DNA of 61,311 nt, filler included, from Porpidia crustulata (GCA_964255105.1; 15 parts of 15 records of this genome joined end to end with filler, not necessarily neighbours in it), one strand, 5' to 3'; counted from the first letter of the whole stretch, positions 1-13,844 are shown. The notes: generated by a model from the letters alone, not told the origin. Program-made: numbers and translations.

Positions 1-128
1 AAAGGGAAAAGGAATAAGAGAAATGCCACCTCGTTTCGCCAAAACCGCAATTTTACAACTCCATAATCTACAAATCCCACAATTTCACACTATCCAAAAC
101 CAACAAACCCCTCCCCCCAACCAAATCC

Positions 129-1000
129 TCACAAATGCCCTACAATCATCTCCGTCGCCGCCTCCGCAGCCGCATACATCGGCGCCTACAAATACGCCGC
201 CAACGACCTCGCCAACACGCCCGCGTCCACGACCCGCAAACCACACACGCCGTACACGCGGCACTCGCTATCAACGACTTTACCCATATTGGCGGTGCCG
301 GCGGCGTGGAACCAGGATCTCGAGATGGCGTTGGCGCGGGCGTCGAGCTGGACGTTCGATGAGGCGGAGGTGATGCGCGGCATCCCTGGCAGAGAGGTTT
401 CGTTTTCGATATAGTTATTCGAGGGGGGTGATTCCATGGTTTGCAGGGCGCGGCGCATGCCGGCGCGGATGACGGCGCGGTCGTGCGCGGTGGTGGAATA
501 GCGCGGGTTGAGGGTGGGGTTGGCGGTGGCGCTGTTGCTGTTCCAGACGAAGGTGAGGGTGCCGCGGGGGTGTGTGGGAAAGATGCAGAGGACGCCGGCG
601 GTGATGTGGGTGCCGTCCGGGGGGGCGGCCATGACGGCGTACATGACGGTGATTTTGTAGTCGGAGCGCGGGCCGGGTGTGAATGTGGTTTTGTCGGCAG
701 TGGTGGCTTTTTGGGGATCGTCGTCGGGGGCCGCGGCGATTGCTATCCAGTCCATTGAGTTGCGGGGGGTGTATTCAGGCTTGTTGAAGGCGGGCGAGCC
801 GAAGGCGTGGCCATTTTCGGGGTTCTTGAACTTCCAGACGATGTTGATGGAACCGTGGTCATTCAGGTGCTGACTGACGGGCAATTCGATGATCTTTTTG
901 ATACTGAATTTGAAAAGCTTCGGAGAGCATGAGGAGCTGTGGCGTGCGGAGGGCGCCACAGCTGAGGATGACTTCTTTCGAGGCTATTAGACACTGACCA
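129..1000 (-). pseudogene. GMC (glucose-methanol-choline) oxidoreductase fragment, disrupted
   Basis: KEVILSCGALRTPQLLMLS, then a frameshift near 920 to ELPVSQHLNDH (GIGP missing); C-terminal SWFHAAGTANMGKVVDSECRVYGVCGLRVVDAG; in-frame TAG at 186-188 followed by APMYAAAEAATEMIVGHL* (TGA 129-131); N-terminal FAD-binding GxGxxG region absent. Confidence 0.8.
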
Positions 1001-1165
1001 CTGTGTATGCAGCTGTCAAACATAGTCAAAGTCCTGCCAGACAGCTTACCCACACAAAGTATGGTAATAGTGGTGCTAGGGCTGAACTGTGTGATCAGTT
1101 ATTGTGACCGAAGGATACGGAAGTAATGCTATATATAATCGAATGAATAAGCCGCAATCTCAGAC

Positions 1166-2120
1166 CTAGAACTGCTGATTGAATTTCTTCCAGAATGTAT
1201 AATATGCAGAACCAAGAGGGGTATTTGGCTCCTTATTTGGTGGTTGTAGCCAATTTTCTTCAACTTCGGCCAAAAAGGAATTGAAAGCGACCTTGAGATC
1301 ATCTGAGAGGGTTCTTCCTTGCGCCATCATAGTGGCATGAGCGTTCAGTACAAGAAATAATCCTCCATCATCACCCGCAGAGTCTATACAGATGATCAGC
1401 TTTCGCCATGACGTGTGAATAAGCGATCCGCGTACGTACGAAAGTTCAAGACTTGCTGATATTCTAAGCCGTATAGCTCCCGATATATGCTTCTGTCGGT
1501 GCGTTGGTCGCGATCGAACAAATCAGCATCCCCAACCGCATCGCCTTCGTGAGCTATTAGATTTCCCTCCCGAATCGCCTTTGAGCCTTTAAGCTCTCGC
1601 ATGGCCTTGATATCTCTCTTGTAAATGTCGAAAAACCGTCTTCGAATGGAGAGATAGCCTTCTGAGCTTTGAACCAGACGTCTGACACGACTTTCCAGAG
1701 ACAAGATCATTTTTTGATGCTCGTCGATTTGGCGTGTCTTCTGCTCATCCTTGCTCATTAGGATATCCACCTTCTCATTAATTTTCTTCAGCTTCCCTAG
1801 AACCACATGTACTCCCGAATTTGCGTAGACAAGATTGTTTCCGACTTGTCCTGTTGTGATACGCTCAGCTTCATCTCGTAAACGCGATTTGACTACTGAT
1901 TCAGGATCCGGTTGAGACGGAACGTCAAGCTCTACGAAAAGGATTGCGTGGACATCGATAACCTAATCTGATTAACTCTAGGATTTACTCAAGGGTTTAG
2001 ACAAAGACAAAGATCACGTACCTCATCATCTGACTCGGAAGGCGTGTGTGGTAGATTTGCGTGAATACTCTCCACGTCTAAGCGTCCACTACTCTCAGGA
2101 TTCCAGGCAAAGACGTAGTC
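1166..2120 (-). CDS. Uncharacterised spliced protein (coiled coil plus GNLIAHEGD...LYG domain); 5' end unresolved
   Basis: In-frame exons about 2120-2022, 1962-1440 and 1384-1166 joined by GT-AG introns (e.g. 1963-2021); ORF 1396-1806 is the central exon; stop TAG at 1166-1168; start exon not identified. Confidence 0.65.
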
Positions 2121-2356
2121 CTGTTAGATGGGTATTACTGGGGTATTGGGAGAAAAATGAACTGAACAAGGCCTTGATGTGAGGATAGAAAAAATTAGTC
2201 GGATGTTCCAGCAAGCTAAATACCTTGTGCCTACCTTAGTGCCCGAGGCTGACTAAGCTCTTTGAAGCACGTTACCTTGCAAAGCGGCGAAAATGCATGA
2301 TCTTGATAACCCATCGAACAACACTACCCCAGGGCTTGAATACTGTACATGAATGC

Positions 2357-3470
2357 ATGGATCAAGATGTTGAGATCAGGCAGCAAGTGCTTAACAGTAT
2401 AATCCAGGAAGTCAAGGCATCGACGAATCCCACAGATGGCAATGACCCTTGTGTGATCTGCCTCGACTCCATCTCCGAAAGCGCTGTTGCGTCTCCCTGC
2501 CGTCATCACAGCTTCGACTTCCTGTGCCTTGTGAGCTGGCTGCAAGAACGTCCAACGTGTCCCCTATGTACGTGGTCCTGTCCTTGGCGTCTGGAGGGGG
2601 GCTTTGAAATACGGAGCTACAGTGACTGACGATCACGCAGGCAAGGCCGAAGTCGACAGCGTCGAGTACGACTGGCAGTCTCCTGAAAATTTCAAGATCT
2701 ACAAGATTACGCCAAAATCTACCGCAAAATCAACTAGTTCTCCATCAACACAAAGAGCCTTTCCAAACGGTATCAATCAACGGCCTCGACCTAACCCTCG
2801 AAGACGAAGCAGGCGCCCATTGTTATTAAACCCCGACACTGCCCTCACTCGACGCAGAAACATCTACCGCCACCAGCTCTACTCATCCCACGTCGGATCG
2901 AACCGGCTCTCGCGCTTCCGCGACCTCAGCCCCCACCTCTTCGCCACCGACGAAGACCTCATTTCACGAGCGCGCAAGTGGATCAGAAGGGAACTGCAAG
3001 TTTTTGAGTTCTTAAGCTCCCAGGACCGCGAAGCCGAGGGCGTCACCCGCCGAGCCGGCAACGCCGAGTTCCTACTCGAGTACATCGTCGCCATCCTCAA
3101 GACCGTGGACATCAAGGGTAGCGGCGGGCAAGCGGAAGACATGCTGCAGGAGTTTCTGGGCAGGGACAACACCAAGTTGTTCTTGCACGAGCTCAGGGCC
3201 TGGCTCCGAAGCCCGTACGTTTCGCTGCAGGACTGGGATCGTCACGTGCAGTACGGGGAAGACCCGGATGGGAGGAGGTTCGAGGACAGGAAGCAATCTC
3301 AGTTACTCAATCAAGAGCGCATCCCACATTCGAGAAGCGGCTCTTCCAGATATACCCGAGCGGCGGGCGGGGCGGCTGCCCGGCGCGGGGGCAAAGGATA
3401 TGTGCCCCCCCAAACTCGTCGAGCTTTGAATTACAGACAGGATCATATTGAACATGATAAACCCAGATGA
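2357..3470 (+). CDS. RING-finger E3 ubiquitin ligase (Topors-like)
   Basis: CVICLD...PCRHHSFDFLCLVSWLQERPTCPLC RING, completed across intron 2568-2640; downstream RARKWIRREL...FLGRDNTKLFLHELRAWLRSPY..L.DWD domain. Confidence 0.88.
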
Positions 3471-4020
3471 ACCACGACCCCGAACGCTTCGGCATACAAG
3501 TATAAACTAACCCGAGCATTAAACCAAACATAACAATATTCTAGCTTGACAAATCTGCTAATACATGGCTCTCCAACCTTCAACCCCCCTTCCCGGAACC
3601 CCCCGCACAAGCACGATCCTCGATACCGCCACGCGGTCCAGATACCGCAGTACAGCCATATCAACAGAGATATCCAGTCAGCAAGCACATTGCCAGTATT
3701 CGTCCAGAAATAGGGTATATATCTCGCAAAACAAGAAGTGACAGTGGGGCTGCGGAACGGAGGATAGCATGGTTCTTGACAGAATATGAGTATCGAAGAT
3801 GTATCGGCAAAGCCATATGCTTAATTACTGATAAGCTATATGGACCCTTTATCTCAAGCTTTGTTACATAGGTAGCAAACACGACGACCATGCAATTTCC
3901 CAACCCACCTTCGTCCCAAGCACCGTAATCGTTTCATCAACCACTAAACCATTCCCAAGCTCCAAACCGCACCCCTCTCTCCACAATGAAATCCCCCTCC
4001 ATCACCGCCTCCGCCCAAAC

Positions 4021-4120
4021 NNNNNNNNNNNNNNNNNNNNNNNNNNNNNNNNNNNNNNNNNNNNTTAATTAATTAANNNNNNNNNNNNNNNNNNNNNNNN
4101 NNNNNNNNNNNNNNNNNNNN
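4021..4120. other. Artificial contig linker N44-TTAATTAATTAA-N44 (first of 14)
   Basis: Identical 100-nt linkers also at 8135, 12245, 16351, 20452, 24551, 28649, 32747, 36844, 40941, 45029, 49114, 53182 and 57248; the core has stops in all six frames; intervening contig lengths are non-increasing. Confidence 0.99.
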
Positions 4121-4459
4121 GTTTAATTTAGTTTGTTGGGTTAAGTGTGGGGAAAGGGGGATTCGTTTCTTGGAATTGTATTTTGGAATTGTATTATTGG
4201 ATTTAATTTGGGATTTAGGGGGGTATATGATGGGATAATTCATTGTATTCGAGACGTTGCGTGTATGGCACGAGCAAACACGCTTTGGTTTGGTGGAATA
4301 GATGGGAGTTATGGCCCGTTGGGCGAAAAATGATATACCCTTCTGACCCACCGAAACGCCTCGCTAAAAGTACTAAAGTCAGAGCTTACGGCCTCGATGA
4401 AGCTCGGGGATCAGCCCTCTGCCATGGAGAAAGCCCGAAGATCAGCGAAGCGGTTGCAG

Positions 4460-5767
4460 TCAAGGATGACCAGGCAGTATCTCCATCAACTCCTCAGTTT
4501 CTGAGCTCATCTTCCAACACCCCGTCCTTGGCCCATCCCCCTTCCATCCTATCTTCTCTCCCAATTTATCGACCACGTTATCCTTGCCCACTTTTTCGAA
4601 ATACCTCGGTTTCCATTCAGTGCCCTCAATCCGCTCCCACTTCCGCATCTCCCGCTGCTGGCTCTCGATCTTGCACTTTTCTCTGCTCACCAGGTCCATG
4701 TTTCCGTCGAGGATTGCGGAGGTGACGTGATACCATGCTCTGCGAGATTCGAGGGGATCTTGTTTCTCCAGCGGAGGGAGTTTGATGGGTGTGGATTCAT
4801 ATTTGGCTCCGTCGAATATCTCGACAATTTTCTTGGTTTTGCTTTCCTTGATTGTGAACTTGTGCGCCCATTGTCCTTCGATAGTATATAGACTATCCTT
4901 CTCCCGACCTTCAGGAAATATTGACGCTGTGAACGACGTCTTTTTCCCGCCTAGCCATCCGCGACCGGAATAATCAATCTTGGCGGAGAAGCCGGAAGAT
5001 GATTGGATGTAGGTGGTCTTGCTCAACTCGATGGATGGACTCCCATAGATGAGACCTTCAATGTGAACGGGAGGAAGTGTGATGAGGTAGGTTTCGTTGT
5101 ATTTCTCGAGATGGAGGAGGGCATGACCGCATTGCTTGATACGGACAGTACTGGAGAAGGAGGTTTTTGGGGCTGTGTGGCCTTGCAACTGTGAAGATAC
5201 TGGTGTAAGCGCGCTCTGGAAGAAGTACAAGGCCATTAACTTACTCGGACCCCATGCTGTTTGTTCCAGATACAGTATGCTGTGACTGGCGGGTGATGGC
5301 TGGTGTTCTTTAGATTTCTCCCCACGCTCAGAGGACCAAAGTTCATAACATACCTCACTTGCTCAGACACTATCTGTGTGGTCCCCGCAGCGTCCTCCCA
5401 CTTTCCTAGGAATAATTCCCCCAGGAACGGATTCAACGGTTTCTTCTCACCACCAGTTTTTCTATGTCTATACGTTGTCCGCTGCCTGAGCGTGCTCAAA
5501 AACCACTTGAGAACCAACAATGTCCGTTTGGCAGGGTCTGATTCATTGGCAGGTGCAACGAAGAGGGAGGGTCGGTCGGCCCAATAGGATGAGTATTCGA
5601 CAAGGGAAGTTGTGGAGAGAATGAACGGGGGAGCGGCTAAAGAGGAGAGATCACCGGAAAATGAGGCAATTGACTTATGAACGTTAGAGAATTGGAGAGA
5701 TTAGGAAGACTTTGAGATTTTCACGTACTCGGAGGAAAGAACTCCAGGAGCCCTTGTTTTGGGCCAT
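4460..5767 (-). CDS. Oxysterol-binding protein, Osh4/Kes1-like
   Basis: MAQNKGSWSSFLR|SIASFSGDLSSLAAPPFILSTTSLVEYSSYW; EKKPLNPFLGELF; signature EQVSHHPP formed after splicing; QDPLESRRAW; three introns. Confidence 0.92.
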
Positions 5768-6958
5768 GGCAGGGGAGATCTCGTGGGTAGTAGAGTGAGG
5801 CATTTTGTCAAATAGTCAATTGGTAGTAGATGATTGAATATTTGACACTGGAGAGATGATGATTCCACTATGTCTGTGGACGGGTGTTGTTGCACAATAC
5901 ATGAGGTAGTCTGCATTATGGAACATATAGGAAAATTCATGCAGTAAACATGTGAAGGGTACTCGCACCCTGGCTGTAACAGAATAGGTAAGGAAGGCAC
6001 CTACGATAAGGGCTTGCAATGCCCTATCGCAGCCGCGGGGTCCGGTGACGCGTGGCGGGGTACATCACTCGAATTCACTCGGATCGTATAGGCTATAGAG
6101 AACTTTGATGAATTGAAACGAATGAAAGCGTTGAGATGACATGTGAAAGACAGATAGGTGATGATAGGTAGACATGACATCATACAATGACCACACTGCC
6201 GCGGTTTCTGGAGCCAATCGGATAAGCCTTTTAAGTCAGCCCTGCTGCGAACACTGAGGTCCGTCGTCGTGTCTCGATATCAACCATGCGGTTGAAGATG
6301 AAATCCACCCAATCCCATCCCTAAAGTTCCCGGAAGTCCCGCTGCAATTAGGCTTTGATCTTACCTAAATTGATCCAACACTTCAAGCAATTTTAAGCAG
6401 CCAGGGGGTGGGGGGTATCGGGTTTTTTCAACCGCCTGTCAACGTCGCGACACTGATGTGGAAGCCGTTTGTGCGAGGCATCCAGGTCCTCATGTCAACA
6501 TCATGGCCGTCGTGGGCTGACAATCCTTCGCTATCGTTGGAAAGGTGGTCAAAGTAGTGAACAGTCGGCAGTCGAGTGTCGTATGGAAGCTGAGGGATCT
6601 ATGGTGGATAGACCGCCAAAGGACGACCCGAATTCTTACCACTCGAGTCTGGCTGACAAAAAAGTTGCAAGTGGGAGCAGATTTGCCACGGCGCTCTTTC
6701 ATGGAAAAATTTGATTGCATACAAAGTTTGAACGAGGAATGTCGAATTATCGGAATTGCCTGATGACGACATACACATGTCACGACTATGACGTACATGT
6801 CCGCATATTGAAGCGTCGCCGTCGCCAATTATATATTGTCTAGATATATGAGAATGTGCAATTTTCATTCTATTTCTCACGATTCGTTGTTTCATCAACC
6901 GTTTCACAGTGCCACCTGAACATATTTCGAAAAGCTTCAAAGACTACCACATACCATC

Positions 6959-8134
6959 ATGGCCATGTCTCAGGGCGCAAATTTGGTGGAGAAGATGGCA
7001 GGACATGGCGACAATGCTGTTACGGAGCAAGACGTCACCAACCCCGGTCGTGACCGCGAGAGATTTGGCGATCCCTCGGGCGAGAAGATGCAGGCTTTGT
7101 GCTGGATGGGGAAGAACGAAGTGCAGATGTGTGAGTGGAGTTGACTATCAACCATTGTTTATGAATTTGCTGACGATGGTTATCTGCACCAGTGGAAACG
7201 CCCAAGCCAAAGGTGCTTGAAGATCGCGATGTTGTTCTCAAAGTCACTGGAAGTACAATCTGCGGGAGCGACCTGCATTTACTGCATGGTACGAGTCTCA
7301 TTGAATAAAAACTCAGAAACCGTCTGACTTCGATGGATAGGGGCTATCGTTGAATTACAAAAGGGAGACATCCTCGGCCACGAGTTCTGCGGGAGAGTCG
7401 ACTCCATGGGACCTGGTGTCAAAGGTCTGAAGGAAGGTGATCGTGTCGTTGCATCCTTTCAGATAGCCTGTGGCGACTGCATGTACTGCAAGAAAAAGCT
7501 TTCATCCCAATGCGAGCGGACAAACTCGAACACAATCGAGAACGCCATGTATGGTGGACGAACAGCTGGTATGTTTGGGTATTCGCACTTCACAGGAGGC
7601 TTTGCCGGTGGACAGGCCGAGTATGTTCGAGTACCATTCGGCGATGTGAACCTGCTGAAGCTTCCGGACGACGTTCCCGATGAGAAGGGGTTGTACCTTT
7701 CGGACGTACTCTCGACTTCCTGGAATTGCGTCGTAGATACAGGAGTCAAAGAGGGCGACGTGGTTGCAATTTGGGGAGCCGGACCGATTGGACAAATGTG
7801 TGCCCACATGAGCTTTATCAACGGCGCTAAGCGTGTCATTATCATCGACGGTGGCCCAGCCGCCTGGCGTTTGGATTTTGTCAAGTCGAAGATTCCCAAA
7901 GTGGAAACGCTCAACTACACTGCGTTGCCTCGTGGGACTTCAGTAACGTCAAGGCTCAAGGAAATGGAGCACGGTGGTCCTGACGTTGCTCTTGAATGCG
8001 TCGCCGGTGAATACGCCAAAGGATGGGGTCATTACTTCGAGATGCTTCTCGGTATGGAAACCGATACCTCGGAAATCGTCAACGAAATGATCACCTCCGT
8101 TAAAAGCTACGGCCGCTGTGGTATCACCGGCGTC
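6959..8134 (+). CDS. Zn-dependent medium-chain dehydrogenase (formaldehyde dehydrogenase-like), 3' partial
   Basis: TICGSDLHL, GDILGHEF, structural Zn motif CGDCMYC...C, GGQAEYVRVP, NAD-binding GAGPIG; two introns; truncated by contig end. Confidence 0.9.
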
Positions 8135-8234
8135 NNNNNNNNNNNNNNNNNNNNNNNNNNNNNNNNNNNNNNNNNNNNTTAATTAATTAANNNNNNNNNN
8201 NNNNNNNNNNNNNNNNNNNNNNNNNNNNNNNNNN

Positions 8235-9478
8235 AGGCTAGACTGACCACGGCGTTTGTGTGGCCGCGGAGCGTCATGGCGGAAACGGTGGTGGCGGAGG
8301 CGCGGGGGTCGACGAGGGTGATGTGGCGGGCTGAGGTGCCTGCGGCGAGGAGATTGAGGGCGGGGAGGGCGGTCATGGAGAGCAGAGCGTGCGAGGTCAG
8401 GCGGGTATCGACAGGAGTGCCTGTAGGGAGGTCCCAGGTTTTGAGGCTGTGGTCCCAGGAGGTGGAGTATGCGACTGTAGGGTCATTGGGGGCGAATATG
8501 GTGTCGGACACGGGAGCAGAGTGGGACTGAAGGCGCGAGAGGGGGCCACGTTGGGGGATGGATGTCGCGGGGCCGAGTTTCCGGCGTTTTGAACTTCGAG
8601 TTGTCGAATTGGGGAGAAGAGATGCTGGTGCGGCGGGAGCGTCGGATTTTTTAGTGGACCAGAGGGCGAGGGAGTGGTCCGCGGAGGCGGAGAGGATACG
8701 GTTTAATGGGGCATGGATGGCGAGGGAGTCGATTGTAGATTTGTGGCCGTAGAGCTCAAGATAGGGTGTCAAGGAGGCGGCGAAGGAGGATGGATCTTCG
8801 AGGTATTTCCAGAGTCTGACGGTGCGGTCTAGGCCGGACGATGCGATTTGGGTTGGAGAGATGAATTTTGCGGATTTTATTGAGGAGACATGCCCACCGT
8901 TGCTTGCTAGGGGTGAGGTAGCTATGATTTCAGAGGACATATTCCATACTCGCAAAAGCCCATCATAGCTTGCCGAGAGTATGCGCTCCTGGGCAGGCCG
9001 TTGGTGACCTGCACTGCTTGCCCATCGTCCCACCGAGGAGGTACTAGAGAGCACGTCCACCGAGCTTACCCAGTCGTCGTGTTCGAAAGACGCTAGGTAT
9101 AGCGGTGGTATAATAGCACGCACATACTCAACAGTGAGTGTTGTCTCGGATGAGATGCCACTGGATGTGAGGTATTCGTCTATCGAACTTCGTAAAAACG
9201 TGCCATTGATGAGGAACTCGAACGGTATGGGTTTTTCGGTTTCGAGGAGGGTGTTGACGAGGGTGGAGAGAGCATAGCGACGTAAATCTGTCCAAGTATT
9301 AGGCTTGCGCTTTGCTTCGGAGTAACTTCTTCGGCTTACTGGTGTTTACGAGGATTGGGCCTGTCTTTTCTGGCAGGGAGATATCGGCGTCGCGGGTTGT
9401 CAATTGTAGCTTGACCTGCGTTGAGTTCAATGGGGAAGGTTCGTGACTAGCAGATGAGACAACTGTATCCGTAGCCAT
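8235..9478 (-). CDS. YTM1: Ribosome biogenesis WD40 protein Ytm1/WDR12, 3' partial
   Basis: N-terminal NLE/UBL region ([33 protein letters not shown]...TLTVEYVRA) then [10 protein letters not shown] and WD repeats; one intron near 9290-9340. Confidence 0.93.
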
Positions 9479-9934
9479 ACTTGAATGTCAGGACAAATTT
9501 CAACAGAAGGCATCCAATATGCATTCAGATAAATTTACGTCGGCCGAGTCGGTGCCATTGACGCAAAATCCGCGATTAGGGCTTCAGGGGCCTAGGATGA
9601 TCTTTTGCTACGATTAAATCGCCCTCAGTTCGCTCACTTTGACTTTCCCTCCCTTACGTTTGGTGGCTACAGCCCTCATAACGTTGATAGCCAATTCTTG
9701 CCTAGCAATCTCAAAGATGAATAAGTACAGAAACACACTATATAAACAATATCTCTTCTCAAAGCCAACACAATATGTACATAAACACCAGGTACGGGAA
9801 TATAATTAGAAAAATCGAATGTCATCATAGCAAGCACCATCAGCCCACCTCCGAGCGCCATGTTAGCTATCAGAGTGATCGCGTTTGCCCACGCCTTTCC
9901 CCGAGACCAACACCGAGCCCTCCCTGTTTACACA

Positions 9935-11372
9935 TCATACCTTCTCAAAATCGTGCCTCCATTTCCCCTCGTTCTCAGTGTTGAGGGTAACGGTATCCAC
10001 GCTAGACGGTGGCCAGCCTTCTTTGCTCGCTGACCTCGGAATCTCAAAATCACGCGGCCAGGAGGGATTGCAGACCTTGCGAGCACTGCCAGTCGCCGCC
10101 GAGTTCGAGCGGATTTTCTGCAGCCTATCCATACTGTGGCTGAAGAGAGGGCGAAGGGTTGGAAGACAGGCACTGACAATGGCGATTCCTAATTCGACTA
10201 GGGTCCAGATGATGGTCGAACTGTCAGACCCTGGTAAAGTCAGTTTTATGTGCTTTTTCTTTAGCCATTAACAGGGGCTATGGCGGTTGAGGGGTAACGA
10301 ACAGCTGGTGTCTGACAGTGAGAGACTGTGGATAACAACAGTGCGGTAGATGCTTGCGAAGCAAACGCTACGAGTCGATGAGTCATTAGTGACTTGCATT
10401 GTAATGACCGAGTTTTGTACTCACAAGCCACCGAGGAGAAATATGCCCATTACTTGGTATCTTTCTTTCCTCGTTTTCTGGAGACGCCATAGCAACGGCA
10501 TAGGCAGAAAGAGAATCACGAAATCAGTGACCACGTTGAGCGCAGCTATGATGGTGGCTCCAAGTTGTGTATTGATACATCTCCGGTGGATTGTTGGTTC
10601 CCAATTCCCTTTAATTGGCACGCATTGGAAGATGGCGCCAAAGGTCTGGGCGATACTGTAGCATAGTATGAATGTGGCAACGCACCACAGGGTGATGACG
10701 AAAGGCCTGCTGACGGAAAAGATACGGCGGTAAAAGAGAAGGATCGAGAATTTGATGCAGGCCTAGAGAGCGTTTAGTGAGCGTTTCCCTTTCTTCAAAG
10801 TGAAAATCGGCCACGATGCACAACCACAGGTATGAACTTGTAAGACACGTAAAATTCATCATTACATTTCATGTGGAGGCATTGATAGAAAAGTATACGC
10901 TTACCATGGCAGCATTGTAGACAGCTTCTCCAATAATGATTGTCTGATATCCAGATATTCAGCAGTTGAGCTCCATCAAGGGAGAGACATGCATACCAGT
11001 GCGATACTTTCCGGGTGTTTGATCAAAATGGCATGTTTTCCCAGTCCATAGTGCACCGATATAAAGTTGTCCACCATCACAAGAGCTGTGAATATCTGTG
11101 GGCTCGAGCTTGTCAGCCACTGATGAGTAGTGAAGCGTATGGTGGTGCTCCAATGGACATTTCGAATCAGCCTTACTGACCAGGGCTACTACAATGAACC
11201 AGTCGTCGGCCTTGATCGGGGCCTTCTTAATTCGTCGAGCAATGAATCGCAGGGTAACCGCAATACAAGCAAGAACGAAACATATCACGTGGGAAGCGAT
11301 TATGTCGGGGGCTTTGTTCTCGTGAATGTGTGCCTTCTGATATTGGATCTCAGCTGGAGAAGGGGCCGCCAT
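9935..11372 (-). CDS. PTH11-like (rhodopsin-domain) integral membrane protein
   Basis: AVTLRFIARR...ADDWFIVVAL, IKFSILLFYRRIF, QCVPIKGNW...C, NVVTDFVILFLPMPLLWRLQ, IIWTLVELGIAIVSACLPTLRPL spread over several exons; 3' end approximate. Confidence 0.85.
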
Positions 11373-12110
11373 TCTGCGTGAGTAGTCTCAAGTATACGAC
11401 AGCTGCGGTGAATCTTCCGGATCGAATGCCGGAAAGCTGATCACAGAGAGGGAGAAAGTGGTGCAAAGTTGTAACGATTATTGCTGCGTCTGGATACGGA
11501 AGACGTTGAGCTATGCTGATGAGGAACGGTATGACTATGGACCGAGCATGTACGACCTACCACTGTTATATATGGAGTTGTGGAGTAGTGATCAAGGCTC
11601 CGGGACAGGGTCTCCCGTCTCTTGAGCACGTCGTCTCCACCATCTGAATCCATTGATCAACACTCGACGCTCGTAAACGGTAGTTCGTCCGCCTACACCA
11701 GAAGAGGCATCGATTGGATCAGCTTTGATCGTTCCTGACGCCCCGCATGGAGAAGATTGGTGGGAGGTTAGGAACAAACCCCGGAATTGCAGCTGGTGAT
11801 TGGTGGATGCGTACTCCGACAAACTGGTACACCTTCAGCAGCTCAGAGACGGTTCGATTGGGACTTAGTTTCCCAGCTAGGAGATTTTGATTGCGTCCTT
11901 CTGGCTGTACGTGGCCTGGCACGGCCCCGCACAAACATCGATGGCTGACGCTCAGACCTTCTGGGGCGGAGGCCGTAGAACATGTCAACACAGCAGACGT
12001 CTCCAATCTGGCTTCTAGTTCAGACCGGTGTCAAACGCTGGCGTCGATATCCTATTTACTAGCACTTCAGGTTGCACCGAATACCAGTCTATCGATTATT
12101 ATCTCTTGAT

Positions 12111-12154
12111 TATTGTTGACTATTGTTGACTATCGTTGACTACTGTTGACTATT
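12111..12154 (+). repeat. 10-bp tandem repeat (TAYYGTTGAC) x4
   Basis: tattgttgac tattgttgac tatcgttgac tactgttgac tatt. Confidence 0.9.
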
Positions 12155-13844
12155 AGTGCTACGGTACCCTACAAAAAGCCACTGTCGTTCTAATTCACGC
12201 GCCCTGTGCAGAATAAGGTTGATCGTAATTTCATCTTCAAAGGGNNNNNNNNNNNNNNNNNNNNNNNNNNNNNNNNNNNNNNNNNNNNTTAATTAATTAA
12301 NNNNNNNNNNNNNNNNNNNNNNNNNNNNNNNNNNNNNNNNNNNNGAACGTGGGTGGGTGGCTGTAGATGTGGCTGTGATCTCGCTTACTAGCGCGGCACA
12401 GCCACACTTCCCACCCCTAAGCAATAATTGAAGCCCAAAATGCGATGTACAAGCTAGCATGGTGTAGCTCGTCAAGAGGAAGTGGGCAGGTAAATCCTCC
12501 ATATTTTGGCGCTAAATTCTTCAGGGAGTACTACGTAAGGTAACCGCATACTCTATAACAATACACAGCCAATCATACCATGACACAGAGTGGGAAAAGA
12601 TCCGGATTCCGAAAAAGCTACTATTGCCTACTACCATACTCGAGTAATGCTACTTCAATCCGGATCGGTGTAACCTCGACGCCAGAAAACGGCATTTGTA
12701 GAATTAGACACCGCATTCAGTCAGTTCAGGGGTAAAGAAGCAATGATCGCCCGCGTTCCCCCACCATCCCGCTCACTCCCACCACCTTATTTGATTCCCT
12801 GCCTCTCACTATCCGGACACAGCACATCATTACCAAACAAACTCCTTCCTTGACTCGACTCCTTGACGTAGTGGGATGCACGCGCTGACAATTATCGCAA
12901 TTATAGATGAAGGGTGAACGTGATGTCGCGATGCAACGGAGATCGCACTGTTCTTGCCAAGCCGGGGTCGATCTGAGTTTGAGCTGAGGTCTGTAAGCCT
13001 GAATGACCCGAGATCAGGCCAATAATGGGAAGCGCCATCTCTTCGTTAAATTCATTGGTCTAGCCCTGTAGCAAGACATCCAATGATGATGAGTGCAAAC
13101 TGTACGATCCAAACCTGGGGTCTAGCGTGCTCTGTGTCCTCGGAAGGCTTGAACCTTGAACCTGTTCTGTCCGACCTGTTCTTCATAAAGATGCCACTAC
13201 CCCCCACGCCGTCCATGGTTCCACCCATAAATCAGCGCAATCCCGTGCCAATTCTCCGATTGTACCTCCATACCACGAGAAAGTCTGCGAACAGGAGCTA
13301 CTGGAAGCAAATATCCAGGTCGACGTGTGTGCTGGTGTCATCTGTGCAGTGCCGAGGTGACATTCGTCATTGTGTGAGGTCTGCGAAATAATGGAAATCT
13401 GGGGGAATAACGAGACGCAACACGGGAGTATCATTTAACTGCGAAGCTGTGAAAGGAGAATTGGCTGTAGGGAGGAACGGCAATTAAAGTTAAGTAATCG
13501 GGTTCACAGTTGTCGTTATTATTGGGTGCTGGCCCAGGCTTCCGGTAAAAGCCATTCTGAAGTAGGCATTCTTGTTTGAGTAGGTGCAACTTTCAATAAA
13601 ACTTCCTCGTTCTTATTGTTATTCACCCCTCGTTGATCCCCTAATTCATAATCCCCCGCTGACACTCCACAGACTACGTACTGGCCTACAGCGAAATTTG
13701 ACCATCTCACCATTACTTATCAACCGTACAGGCTGGTCCTGTCTTGATATTTGCCTTTCCCGCCTTGTCTTTGCAAACATCGTAGATCGGCCTGCTGTTG
13801 AGTGTAAGGGATTACTGTACTTTACTTTTCAACTAATGTATAGA

